Source: Desulfobulbus propionicus DSM 2032
Lineage (GTDB): Bacteria; Desulfobacterota; Desulfobulbia; Desulfobulbales; Desulfobulbaceae
Assembly (NCBI RefSeq): GCF_000186885.1
Contig: NC_014972.1
Coordinates: 3,810,001 to 3,842,000 of the forward strand
DNA length: 32,000 nucleotides
Direction: 5' to 3'
The position numbers were made by a program, and so were the translations under genes. Each line of letters begins with the position of its first letter. Positions within the stretch are counted from its first letter, which is position 1. This document shows, piece by piece, positions 11,455-20,468 of this stretch. The notes beneath the pieces are model-generated. The model did not search any database and was not told where the DNA came from. It was given only the letters and a program-made list of their open reading frames with translations.

Positions 11455-13155
11455 ATGGCCCAAAAAATCACCATTGATCCAGTCACCAGAATAGAGGGGC
11501 ATCTGCGGATAGATTGCGAAGTCGACAACGGCAAGATCACCAATGCCTGGTCATCGGGACAGATGTGGCGGGGCATTGAAATCATCCTCAAAGGCAGGGA
11601 TCCCCGGGATGCCTGGGCCTATACCCAGCGCATCTGCGGCGTCTGCACCACCGTCCACGCCATGGCCTCGGTGCGGGCGGTCGAGGATGCCCTGAAACTG
11701 GAGATTCCGCTCAACGCCCAGTACATCCGCAACATGATCGTCGGCGCTCACGGCATCCACGATCACATGGTTCATTTCTATCAGCTGTGCGCCCTCGACT
11801 GGGTGGACATCGTTTCCGCCACCACCGCCGATCCCCAGGCAACCGCCGCGCTCGGACAGAAGCTGTCCGGCTGGAAGGGCAACAGTGTCCAGGAGATCAA
11901 AGCGGTCCAGGACCGGCTGAAAAAATTCATCGCCAGTGGGCAATTGGGGATCTTTGCCAGCGGCTATTGGGGGCATCCGGCGATGAAACTCACCCCCGAG
12001 GTCAACCTGCTGGCCGCCACCCATTACCTGCAGGCCCTGGAATATCAGCGCAAGATCAATCAGGTGGTGGCAATTCTCGGCAGCAAGACGCCGCACATCC
12101 AGAACCTGGCGGTGGGTGGGGTTACCAACCCGATCAATCCCGACAGTCCGGCCAATCTGACGATTGAAAAATTGTTCCACATCAAGACCCTGATCGACGA
12201 GGTGGGCGATTTCATCAAGCAGGCCATGCTCACCGACGTGGCCGCGATCGGCGCCTACTACGCCGATTGGACCCAATACGGCGCCGGCGTGCTCAACTAC
12301 CTGTCCGTGCCCGACATGCCCATGGACAGCAAGGGCACGACCTTTGCCCTGCCCGGTGGTTACATCCCGGGCGGTGATCTCGCCAAGTTCCGCCCGATCG
12401 CCAGCCAAAAGGAAACGGTGCTCTACGACTCGATCAAGGAGTCGATCAAACACGCTTGGTACAACGGCAACTGGGACCGCTCCCCCTACGAGGGGGAAAC
12501 AGTACCCAACTACACCGGATTCGAGTACGACAAGAAGTACTCATGGGTCAAGGCCCCCACCTTCATGGGGCAGCCGGCCCAGGTCGGCCCCCTGCCCCAC
12601 GTGGTGGCCATGTATCTTGCCGGCCACCAAGCCACCAAGCAGTATGTCGATGCCACCCTGCAGACCGTCTCGGCCCTGGCCGGCGCCACGGTGGGCATTG
12701 ACGCCCTCCACTCGACCATCGGTCGAATCGCCGCCCGGGTGGTACGCTGCGCCGTGCTTCATGATACCTTGAGCGTCCAGTGGCAGGCCCTGATCGACAA
12801 CATCGGCAAGGGGGACCTCGATACCTTCAACGCCCCGGTTTTTCCACGGGGCGAGCAACGCGGCGTCGGGTTCCACGAAGCCCCGCGCGGCACCTTGTCC
12901 CACTGGATCGTGATCGAAAACGGCAAGATCAAGAATTATCAGGCGGTGGTGCCCTCCACCTGGAACGCCGGGCCGCGCAACGACCAGGGGGCGCTCGGCC
13001 CCTACGAGGCCTCGCTGGTGGGCAATCCGGTGGCCAACGCCGAACTGCCGCTGGAGGTGCTGCGCACGGTTCATAGCTTTGATCCCTGCCTGGCCTGCGC
13101 CATCCACCTGGTCGACGGCCGCAAGACCCCGATCACCAAGGTCAGAGTGCTGTGA
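11455..13155 (+). CDS. hybC: [NiFe] hydrogenase large subunit
   Basis: N-terminal RICGVCTTVHA (L1) and C-terminal DPCLACAIH followed by LVDGRKTPITKVRVL, the cleavable extension after the last ligand region. Confidence 0.97.
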   Translation: MAQKITIDPVTRIEGHLRIDCEVDNGKITNAWSSGQMWRGIEIILKGRDPRDAWAYTQRICGVCTTVHAMASVRAVEDALKLEIPLNAQYIRNMIVGAHGIHDHMVHFYQLCALDWVDIVSATTADPQATAALGQKLSGWKGNSVQEIKAVQDRLKKFIASGQLGIFASGYWGHPAMKLTPEVNLLAATHYLQALEYQRKINQVVAILGSKTPHIQNLAVGGVTNPINPDSPANLTIEKLFHIKTLIDEVGDFIKQAMLTDVAAIGAYYADWTQYGAGVLNYLSVPDMPMDSKGTTFALPGGYIPGGDLAKFRPIASQKETVLYDSIKESIKHAWYNGNWDRSPYEGETVPNYTGFEYDKKYSWVKAPTFMGQPAQVGPLPHVVAMYLAGHQATKQYVDATLQTVSALAGATVGIDALHSTIGRIAARVVRCAVLHDTLSVQWQALIDNIGKGDLDTFNAPVFPRGEQRGVGFHEAPRGTLSHWIVIENGKIKNYQAVVPSTWNAGPRNDQGALGPYEASLVGNPVANAELPLEVLRTVHSFDPCLACAIHLVDGRKTPITKVRVL

Positions 13156-13166
13156 ACGGGGGCGGG

Positions 13167-13661
13167 ATGAAGGCGCTGGTGCTGGGCATCGGCAATCTGC
13201 TGATCGGCGACGAGGGCGTCGGCTGCCGGACAATTGAGGAGCTGTCCCGCCGCTACACCCTGCCGCCCGAGGTGGAATGCGTCGATGGCGGAACGGCCGG
13301 ATTTGAGCTCTTGGCCATGCTCGACAGCAAGGACCACGTCATCCTCATCGATGCCCTGCGGGGCGACCGCGAGCCGGGAACCGTGGTCCTGGTCGAGGGC
13401 GACCATGTGCCCAAGGCCTTTCTCGCCCGCACCACCCCGCACCAGCTGGGCATCTGCGACGTGCTCGCCGCGGCCCAGCTCACCGACACCATGCCCAGAC
13501 ACCTGACCCTCTACGGCATAGAGCCCAAACAACTCGATGTCGGCATCGGCCTCTCCCCGGAGGTGGAGGCCGGAATGGAGAAAACCATCGGAGCCGTGGT
13601 CGAACAACTCCGTCACTTTGGATATGAGGTGAAACGCAATGGAATCGAATCCAAACATTAA
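13167..13661 (+). CDS. hybD: Hydrogenase maturation protease (HybD/HyaD family)
   Basis: MKALVLGIGNLLIGDEGVGCRTIEEL...VDGGTAGFELL...LIDALRGDREPG...TPHQLGICDVL. Confidence 0.93.
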   Translation: MKALVLGIGNLLIGDEGVGCRTIEELSRRYTLPPEVECVDGGTAGFELLAMLDSKDHVILIDALRGDREPGTVVLVEGDHVPKAFLARTTPHQLGICDVLAAAQLTDTMPRHLTLYGIEPKQLDVGIGLSPEVEAGMEKTIGAVVEQLRHFGYEVKRNGIESKH

Positions 13662-14763
13662 AACGTGGACGCCGGCGACCATCGTCATGGTGGTGCTGAT
13701 CATCGTCGGAACCGTGGTCGCCCTCTATCGAATACTGTCTGGCCTCGGGGCGGTCACCAACATGAACGACGGCTACCCGTGGGGCTTCTGGCTCGGCCTC
13801 GACGTGCTCGGCGGCGTGGCCATGGCGGCGGGCGGGTTCATCATCGCCTGCGCCGTCTACCTGTTCAATTGGAAAAAATACCGGCCCATCGTCCGTCCGG
13901 CCATCCTCACCGCCTTTCTCGGTTACCTGATGGCGGTGGCGGCCATTTTCCTCGACATCGGCCACCCCTTCCGTTTGCCGCACCCCATGGTCATGTGGCA
14001 GTACCACTCGGTCATGTGGGTCGTGGCGATGCACGTCATCTTCTACACCACCACCCTGGCCCTGGAGTTCAGCCCTATGCTTTTTGAACGGCTGGGCTGG
14101 GAAAAGGCGCGCCGGGCCGTGGGCAAGGTGATGGTCGGCGCGGTCATCTTCGGCGTCATGCTCTCCACCTTGCACCAATCGTCGCTGGGCGCGGTGTTCC
14201 TGATCGCCCCCTCCAAGATGTCGCCGCTGTGGTGGGATACCAAGATGCCCTTTCACTTCCTGGTTTCCGCCGTGGCCATGGGCCTGAGCATGGTCAGCTT
14301 CGAAACCATGCTCAGCGCCAAGTTCCTCGGTCACAAGGTCGACAAGGAAATCTTTTTCGGCCTGGGACGGGGCGTGCTTATCGTGCTGAGCTTTTATCTG
14401 CTGCTCAAACTCTACCAGCTGTTTGCCGTCGCCAGTCCTGGCATGGCCTTCGACGGCTCGCTCGAGGGCAACATGTATCTGTTGGAGATGTTGATCGGGG
14501 TCATCCTGCCCATCGGTCTGCTCAGTCTCAAAACGGTGCGCACCAACGTCAACGCCCTCTTTTCGATCAATATGCTGGTGATCACCGGCGTGCTGCTCAA
14601 CCGGATGAACGTCTGTTTGTTCAGCATGGAAAGTTACAACACCTGGCGGGGTTCCGCCTACTCGCCCTCATGGATGGAGTTTTTGGTGTCGCTGGGCATC
14701 ATTTCCCTGGGCGTATTTCTCTACAAAATGTCGGCCAAGCACCTGCCCTTGTTCTCCCACTGA
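13639..14763 (+). CDS. hybB: NrfD/PsrC-family integral membrane hydrogenase subunit (HybB-like)
   Basis: Multi-TM protein; YPWGFWLGLDVLGGVAMAAGGFI, GHPFRLPHPMVMWQYHSVMWVVAMHV, LSTLHQSSLGAVFLIAP. Overlaps the protease gene by 23 nt. Confidence 0.93.
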   Translation: MESNPNIKTWTPATIVMVVLIIVGTVVALYRILSGLGAVTNMNDGYPWGFWLGLDVLGGVAMAAGGFIIACAVYLFNWKKYRPIVRPAILTAFLGYLMAVAAIFLDIGHPFRLPHPMVMWQYHSVMWVVAMHVIFYTTTLALEFSPMLFERLGWEKARRAVGKVMVGAVIFGVMLSTLHQSSLGAVFLIAPSKMSPLWWDTKMPFHFLVSAVAMGLSMVSFETMLSAKFLGHKVDKEIFFGLGRGVLIVLSFYLLLKLYQLFAVASPGMAFDGSLEGNMYLLEMLIGVILPIGLLSLKTVRTNVNALFSINMLVITGVLLNRMNVCLFSMESYNTWRGSAYSPSWMEFLVSLGIISLGVFLYKMSAKHLPLFSH

Positions 14764-14875
14764 TCGCCGGAGAAACGCTTCATGCGGACGATGCGCACCG
14801 TTTTCGACCGCATGGGGCGCAGGCCAGCATACTTGGCCGATCAACACAGGCCTCAACGATAAACGGACGCTTTCC

Positions 14876-15196
14876 ATGCACATCGTGAAATCATCCAGTG
14901 CACGCGGTGTTGTCGCGCTCGGCTGTCTGCTCGCGGCCACGGTGCTGCCGCCAGCCGGCTCAGCCGCGGCTGGCGAAAATTGTCAGGAACTGGTGCGGAA
15001 TAAATGCGCCACGTGCCATTTCGTCACCTACATTTGTCCCAAGATCAAACAAGGCAAGGGCCGTTTCACCTGGAAAGGCATCGTCAAGGACATGGTCAAG
15101 GAAGGGATGGTGGCCACCGACCGGGAGCAGGAGCAACTGGTCGATTGCCTGGCCGTTCCGGACGCCCCGGTCAAGGCCTTTTGTCCAGCGCGATAA
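14876..15196 (+). CDS. Exported monoheme cytochrome c-like protein
   Basis: Signal peptide (VVALGCLLAATVLPPAGSAAA) and one CxxCH haem site (KCATCHF) in a ~106 aa protein, last gene before the strong hairpin. Confidence 0.75.
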   Translation: MHIVKSSSARGVVALGCLLAATVLPPAGSAAAGENCQELVRNKCATCHFVTYICPKIKQGKGRFTWKGIVKDMVKEGMVATDREQEQLVDCLAVPDAPVKAFCPAR

Positions 15197-15213
15197 GCAC
15201 CGGTCCGCATCAC

Positions 15214-15259
15214 AACAGCAACGGGGAGAACGGCCAAGACCGTTCTCCCCGTTGCTGTT
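15214..15259 (+). terminator. 20-bp perfect hairpin, probable terminator of the hydrogenase operon
   Basis: AACAGCAACGGGGAGAACGG-CCAAGA-CCGTTCTCCCCGTTGCTGTT followed by a weak T-rich run. Confidence 0.65.
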
Positions 15260-15337
15260 TGTTGCCAATTGACTCTCCGGTAGTTGTTTTCGCATCGCTT
15301 CGGCGGGAGATGCACAACCAGGCGCCGTGCCGGAAGA

Positions 15338-15355
15338 GGGGCGTTGTCACGCCCC
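15338..15355 (-). terminator. Hairpin just downstream of the minus-strand orphan gene, possible terminator
   Basis: GGGGCGT-TGTC-ACGCCCC, ends 7 nt beyond the stop of the minus-strand ORF; weak T-tract. Confidence 0.4.
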
Positions 15356-15361
15356 AACCGT

Positions 15362-15994
15362 TCACTGTTCGATAACCGTCGTTTCGGTGATGGTGGTGGT
15401 CACGTTCACCAGCTCCTCCTCCCGTGCGGCATTGAAGTCGCCCAGGGTCTTGGCCCCGCCATAGAGTTCCACCTCCCCGGGAAAGCGGATGCCGATTTCC
15501 GAATAGGGGAACATGACCTTGGCGTCGAGAAAGAAGTCGTTGGCCAGGCTGTAGCCCGCGCCCAAAGCCCCCTGGACGTGGTTGTTGCCATAAAACCCGA
15601 GCAGTTCCGCAGAGGGATTCAAACTGTTGAACAGTTCGACAAACAGATTGCCTTCCACCCCATAGACCCGGTTGCCCTGGTCAATATCCGAAACGGAGGT
15701 GTGCTCCTCGGTGCTGACAAGAACCCCCTGTTCGTACCTGTTGGTCACGTGATGGGTGAGTGTGATCTCGTCCTCTTCCACCTCGGCATACTGGCAGGTC
15801 ACGCCCAGCCTGATGGTCGAGGGATCGAAAAAGGAACGGTTGGCACTCAGGGCAAACGGAACCTGGATGATTCCACCGACCCTGATCTCGTCGTCGGCAT
15901 GGACCGGCGAGGTCAGCATGACAGACGACAACCCAATCAGCGCGGCGGAGAGGATCGGTCGACGCAGGGAGGAATGCGGTTGCGTTCTTTTCAT
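15362..15994 (-). CDS. Hypothetical exported protein, possible outer-membrane-type beta-rich protein
   Basis: MKRTQPHSSLRRPILSAALIGLSSVMLTSPVHADDEIRVGG... signal peptide, then 'GAGYSLANDFFLDAKVMFPYSEIGIRFPG' alternation suggestive of beta strands. CAGGAG Shine-Dalgarno upstream of MKRT. Confidence 0.6.
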   Translation of the reverse strand: MKRTQPHSSLRRPILSAALIGLSSVMLTSPVHADDEIRVGGIIQVPFALSANRSFFDPSTIRLGVTCQYAEVEEDEITLTHHVTNRYEQGVLVSTEEHTSVSDIDQGNRVYGVEGNLFVELFNSLNPSAELLGFYGNNHVQGALGAGYSLANDFFLDAKVMFPYSEIGIRFPGEVELYGGAKTLGDFNAAREEELVNVTTTITETTVIEQ

Positions 15995-16085
15995 AGTTTC
16001 TCCTGATGAACAAACATGAGTTAGCGAATTTTTCACCGGAGGATAGGAAGCACTTTTCCGCAATTTTTTCAATAGGATCTTGAAG

Positions 16086-16117
16086 AATATTTTCAGAAAC
16101 CATTGCTGAAAAGTATT
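16086..16117. repeat. A/T-rich inverted repeat upstream of the orphan exported gene
   Basis: AATATTTTCAG-N9-CTGAAAA(G)TATT. Confidence 0.45.
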
Positions 16118-16211
16118 TTCACCGCAATGCAGTTGGCTCATTGTGCCGCTTGCCGCCGAAATCCTGCGGCGGTGATCGCGCCGACAAGCCTCCTGGTTCG
16201 ATGAAAAGCTG

Positions 16212-16240
16212 TTGACTGTTGGCAGGCGATTATCTATTAG
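16212..16240 (+). promoter_or_regulatory. Candidate promoter TTGACT-17 nt-TATTAG upstream of cobO
   Basis: Near-consensus -35 and moderate -10 with 17-nt spacing, ~90 nt upstream of ATG 16329. Confidence 0.4.
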
Positions 16241-16328
16241 TCATCATTTCGCCCTGTTTGGGAGGCCGTGCACGTCGCAATGCCGCTGCCGTGTCCCTCA
16301 TTCCGGGCACTGCTCAGCGGAGACGGAT

Positions 16329-16844
16329 ATGGTGGGGTACGTTCAGGTCTATACCGGGGACGGCAAGGGCAAGACCACCGCAGCCCTTGGATTGGCTTTG
16401 CGGGCTGCCGGCGCCGGGCTCAAGGTCTACATCGGCCAGTTGATCAAAAACGCCGACTACAGTGAGCTCAACGTGTTGGAGCGCCTTGCCGATTGCATCA
16501 CCGTTAGGCAGTTCGGAAGGGGCTGTTTCTTGCTCACCGAGCCCTCCCCAGGCGACAGGGACGCGGCCCGTCATGCCCTGGAGGAGATTGGGCAGGTGCT
16601 GCGGGCGGGCGAACACGAGGTGGTCATCGCCGACGAGGCCAATGTGGCCTGTGCCTTGGGGCTGCTCACCGAGGCCGACTTGCTGGCGCTGATCGACCAG
16701 CGGCCGCCGCAGGTGGAACTGGTGCTGACTGGACGAGGCGCGCCGGCATCGGTGCTGGCCCGTGCCGATCTGGTCACCGAGATGCGGGCGGTGAAGCATT
16801 ACTACGACCGGGGCGTTCTCGCCCGCAAGGGCATTGAAGGCTAA
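16329..16844 (+). CDS. cobO: Cob(I)yrinic acid a,c-diamide adenosyltransferase (CobO/BtuR type)
   Basis: MVGYVQVYTGDGKGKTTAALGLALRAAGAGLKVYIGQLIK...VVIADEANVACALGLL...LVLTGRGAP. Confidence 0.93.
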   Translation: MVGYVQVYTGDGKGKTTAALGLALRAAGAGLKVYIGQLIKNADYSELNVLERLADCITVRQFGRGCFLLTEPSPGDRDAARHALEEIGQVLRAGEHEVVIADEANVACALGLLTEADLLALIDQRPPQVELVLTGRGAPASVLARADLVTEMRAVKHYYDRGVLARKGIEG

Positions 16845-16889
16845 CCGAGGATGAGGAGCGGCCTGTTGCCGTCTCCCGCGGAGGCAAGT

Positions 16890-18401
16890 ATGTCGAACGA
16901 AGCAGCCTGTCTGGCGGTGCTTGGCACCGGTTCGGACGTGGGCAAGAGTATCGTCACCACCGCCCTGTGCCGGATCTTCGCCAACCGGGGCATCCGGGTG
17001 GCGCCGTTCAAGGCCCAGAACATGTCGAACAATTCCGGGGTCACTCCGGAAGGGGCGGAGATGGGCCGGGCCCAGATCGTCCAAGCCGAGGCGGCCCGGG
17101 TGGCGCCGCACTGCGACATGAACCCCGTGCTGCTCAAGCCGGTCAGCGATGTCGGCTCGCAGGTGGTGCTCAACGGCGTGGCCTGGATGGACGCCTCCTC
17201 CCAATCCTACTACACCAAAAAAGACTATCTCTTTACCGAGAGCTGCGCGGCCCTGGCCCGGCTGCGCGCCAGCTGCGATCTGGTGATCATGGAGGGGGCC
17301 GGTTCCTGCGCCGAGGTCAATCTGATGGCGCATGACATCGTCAACCTGCGCATGGCCGCCCATGCCGGGGCGCCGGTGATTCTTGTCGCCGACATCGATC
17401 GGGGCGGAGTGTTCGCCCAGATCGTCGGCACCCTGGCCTGTGTCTCGCCCGAGCAGCAGGCCCAGATCCGCGGCTTTGTCATCAACCGGTTCCGGGGCGA
17501 TATCAGCCTGTTCCAACCCGGGATCGACTGGATCGAGCGGCGCACCGGCAAACCGGTCTACGGGGTGCTGCCCTGGTACAAACATTTCCACATCGAGGCC
17601 GAGGATGCGGTGGTGATCGAGAACGCCCCCAGGTTCAGCCCCGATGCTGTCGCCGAACCAACCATCGGTGTTATCCGCCTCCCCCATATCTCCAACTTCA
17701 CCGATTTCGATCCCCTGGCCCAGCTCCCCGGCTGCCGGCTGGTCTACCTGCAGCAACCGCAGGAGCTGGAGCAACTCAAGGCCGTGATCCTGCCCGGATC
17801 CAAGGCCACCTGCGCCGATCTGCAGTGGCTGGCGGACAGCGGCTGGCGCGACCATCTGCTGCGCTATGCGGCCGCCGGCGGTCACCTGCTCGGCATCTGC
17901 GGCGGCTACCAGATGCTCGGCACCTGGGTGCATGATCCGGACGGCATCGAAGGCCCGCCCGGTTCGACCGCCGGACTCGGCCTGCTGCCGGTGGAAACGG
18001 TGCTCAGGGCACCCAAGACCACCACCCTGACCGATTTTTCCTGGGACGGGATTCCCGGCAAGGGCTACGAGATCCACATGGGCCGGACCGAACCGCCCGC
18101 GGGCCAGGCGTTGGTGCGGGTGGAGCGCCGCAACGGCGTGGCCTGCACGGATCAGGACGGCTGCATCAGTGCGAACGGCCGGGTGATCGGCACCTACATG
18201 CACGGTCTGTTCGACGCCCCGGCCATCACCCGGTGCTGGCTGGCTGGCGTCGGCCTGGAAGACATCGCCGTGGACACCCTCCACGGCCCGGCGGCTCGCG
18301 ACCAAGCCTACGAACAGCTGACGGCCCATGCCGGCCGCCACCTGGACATTGCCGCGATCATCGCCTTGTTGCCACCGGAGCTGCAGGAGCGACTGCGATG
18401 A
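16890..18401 (+). CDS. cobQ: Cobyric acid synthase
   Basis: LAVLGTGSDVGKSIVTTALCRIFANRGIRVAPFKAQNMSNNSGVTPEG...GICGGYQMLG...THMHG-like GTYMHGLFD. Confidence 0.96.
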   Translation: MSNEAACLAVLGTGSDVGKSIVTTALCRIFANRGIRVAPFKAQNMSNNSGVTPEGAEMGRAQIVQAEAARVAPHCDMNPVLLKPVSDVGSQVVLNGVAWMDASSQSYYTKKDYLFTESCAALARLRASCDLVIMEGAGSCAEVNLMAHDIVNLRMAAHAGAPVILVADIDRGGVFAQIVGTLACVSPEQQAQIRGFVINRFRGDISLFQPGIDWIERRTGKPVYGVLPWYKHFHIEAEDAVVIENAPRFSPDAVAEPTIGVIRLPHISNFTDFDPLAQLPGCRLVYLQQPQELEQLKAVILPGSKATCADLQWLADSGWRDHLLRYAAAGGHLLGICGGYQMLGTWVHDPDGIEGPPGSTAGLGLLPVETVLRAPKTTTLTDFSWDGIPGKGYEIHMGRTEPPAGQALVRVERRNGVACTDQDGCISANGRVIGTYMHGLFDAPAITRCWLAGVGLEDIAVDTLHGPAARDQAYEQLTAHAGRHLDIAAIIALLPPELQERLR

Positions 18402-19492
18402 TCCAGGGACACGGAGGCAACGTCGCCGCCCTGGCCGAGGAACTGGGCTGTCGGCCGGAAGAGATCGTTGACATGAGCAGCAACATCAATCCGCTCGGTT
18501 CGGTCCCGGGGCTGATCGATCACCTTCGGGAACACCTCGGCCGCATCCGGGTGCTGCCGGAGGTCGACGGCAAGGGAGCCATCCGGGCCATTGCCGCCCT
18601 GCTTGGAGTGGACGAGCAGCGGGTGCTGGCCGGCGGCGGCACTACCCAGTTCATCTACACCGCCTGCGCGGCGCTGGCTTCCCGCCGGGCGCTGATTGTC
18701 GGCCCCACCTATGCCGACTACACCGACGGCTGCCGGGTGCACGGCGTCGAGCCCGATTTTTTCCTCGCTGGCCCGGAAACCGGTTTTGCCCCGGATGTGG
18801 AGCGGCTGGCGGCCCGTCTGTCCGCCTACGACACTGTTTTCCTCTGCAACCCCAACAATCCCACCGGTCAGCTGATCGACCCTGCGGCCCTTGTGCAGCT
18901 CTGCCGCCACCACCCTCAGGTGCGCTTTGTGATCGACGAATCCTACCTGCCCTTTGTGCCGGCGGAGCAGGCGCGCAGCCTCAGCAATTGCCTGCTCGAC
19001 AATGTGGTGGTGCTGTGGTCGGTGTCGAAAATCTTCGGCATGCCTGGCCTGCGGGCCGGTTTTCTGGTGGCCAATGGGCCGCTGATCGACCGCTTCCGCC
19101 GCTACATGCAGCCCTGGAGCGTCAACACCCTGGCCCAGGAGGCGGTCTGCTTTCTCGGTCGCAACCAAGAGGCGGTGGAGGCCTTCATCGAGCGGACCCG
19201 TGCCTACCTGTCCGAGGAAGGAACGCTGTTTCGCCAGCGGTTGCACGGCGGTCGCCTGCATGTGTACCCGAGCACCACCTCCTATTTTCTCCTCAGACTG
19301 CCCGAGGACCACACGGCCGCCGGAATTTGCCGCGCCTTGGCCGAGCGGCGCTTTCTCATCCGCAACTGTGCCAATTTCCATGGCCTCGACGAGCGCTACA
19401 TTCGCATCGCCCTCAAGGACGCGGCCACTAACCGGGCAGTGGCCGAACACCTGCTGGCGGCGATTGGCGCGGGCCAGGCGGGACGGCCATGA
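18398..19492 (+). CDS. Cobalamin biosynthesis PLP enzyme (CobC/L-threonine-O-3-phosphate decarboxylase, HisC-like)
   Basis: GHGGNVAALAEELGCRPEEIVDMSSNINPLG...LCNPNNPTGQLID...LWSVSKIFGMPGLRAGFLV; ATGA overlap with cobQ. Confidence 0.9.
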   Translation: MIQGHGGNVAALAEELGCRPEEIVDMSSNINPLGSVPGLIDHLREHLGRIRVLPEVDGKGAIRAIAALLGVDEQRVLAGGGTTQFIYTACAALASRRALIVGPTYADYTDGCRVHGVEPDFFLAGPETGFAPDVERLAARLSAYDTVFLCNPNNPTGQLIDPAALVQLCRHHPQVRFVIDESYLPFVPAEQARSLSNCLLDNVVVLWSVSKIFGMPGLRAGFLVANGPLIDRFRRYMQPWSVNTLAQEAVCFLGRNQEAVEAFIERTRAYLSEEGTLFRQRLHGGRLHVYPSTTSYFLLRLPEDHTAAGICRALAERRFLIRNCANFHGLDERYIRIALKDAATNRAVAEHLLAAIGAGQAGRP

Positions 19493-20463
19493 ACGCGGCC
19501 CTGGGCGAGTGGCTCCCGTGGATGGCCCTGCCAGCGGCCTTTGCCTTGGACGCCCTGCTGGGGGACCCCCGCTGGTTGCCCCACCCGGTGCGCTGGATGG
19601 GGCGGACTATCCAGCTGGCCGAGCCGCTGTTTCGTCGCTGGTTCAAGAATGAGCTGCTGGCCGGTCTGTGCTTTGCCCTGAGCTTGATCCTCGGCTGCTG
19701 GGCGCTCGCCTTCCTGATCGTTCGTCAAGCCTATGGCCTGCATGCCCTGGCAGGGTTCGCGCTGGAAACCATCATGCTTTTCTACTGCTTCTCGGCCCGC
19801 TCGCTGGCCCAGGCGGCCCTGGAGATCGACGCTTCCCTGGCCGCCGGCGAGGTGGACAGGGCCCGTTCCCAGGTGGCGATGATTGTCGGCCGGGATGTGG
19901 AACGATATGGGGCGGACGATATCGCCCGGGCCACGGTGGAGACCGTGGCCGAAAATGTGGTCGACGGCGTGCTCTCGCCGCTGTTTTTCGCCGCCATCGG
20001 TGGCGCGCCCCTGGCCCTGGCCTACAAGATGGTCAATACCCTGGACTCCATGGTGGGCTACAAGAATCCGCGCTACCTGCTGTTTGGCCGGGCTGCGGCC
20101 CGTATCGACGATGCGGCCAACTTCCTGCCCGCCCGCCTATCGGTGGGGCTGATCGCCTTGGCCTGCCGCCTGGTGGCCGGCGCCTCCAGCCGCCGCGCCC
20201 TGGCCACGGGCTGGCGGGAAGGGGCCAACCATGCCAGTCCCAATGCCGGCTATCCGGAGGCCGCCTTTGCCGGTGCGCTGGGGGTGCGGTTGAACGGTCC
20301 CAACTCCTACCACGGGGTGCTGGTGGAAAAACCCTACATCGGTGTGGGGCTGGGATCGGTGACCCTCGGCCATATCCGGCAGGCCTGCCGCCTGATGACT
20401 TGGACTTCGCTGGCGGGCTGCCTGGTGGCCTGGCAGTTGTCGCTTGTCGTGTCCTTGTTCTGA
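19489..20463 (+). CDS. cbiB: Adenosylcobinamide-phosphate synthase CbiB/CobD
   Basis: DALLGDPRWLPHPVRWMGR...ENVVDGVLSPLFFAAIGGAPLALAYKMVNTLDSMVGYKN; ATGA overlap with the preceding gene. Confidence 0.95.
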   Translation: MNAALGEWLPWMALPAAFALDALLGDPRWLPHPVRWMGRTIQLAEPLFRRWFKNELLAGLCFALSLILGCWALAFLIVRQAYGLHALAGFALETIMLFYCFSARSLAQAALEIDASLAAGEVDRARSQVAMIVGRDVERYGADDIARATVETVAENVVDGVLSPLFFAAIGGAPLALAYKMVNTLDSMVGYKNPRYLLFGRAAARIDDAANFLPARLSVGLIALACRLVAGASSRRALATGWREGANHASPNAGYPEAAFAGALGVRLNGPNSYHGVLVEKPYIGVGLGSVTLGHIRQACRLMTWTSLAGCLVAWQLSLVVSLF

Positions 20464-20468
20464 TCGGC

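Noticed and set aside
16142-16328. Possible cobalamin riboswitch upstream of cobO
   Set aside because: Expected by context, and GGGCACTGCTCAGCGGAGACGG looked faintly B12-box-like. The conserved core and box sequence are not present by eye. An Infernal scan with the Rfam cobalamin model would settle it.
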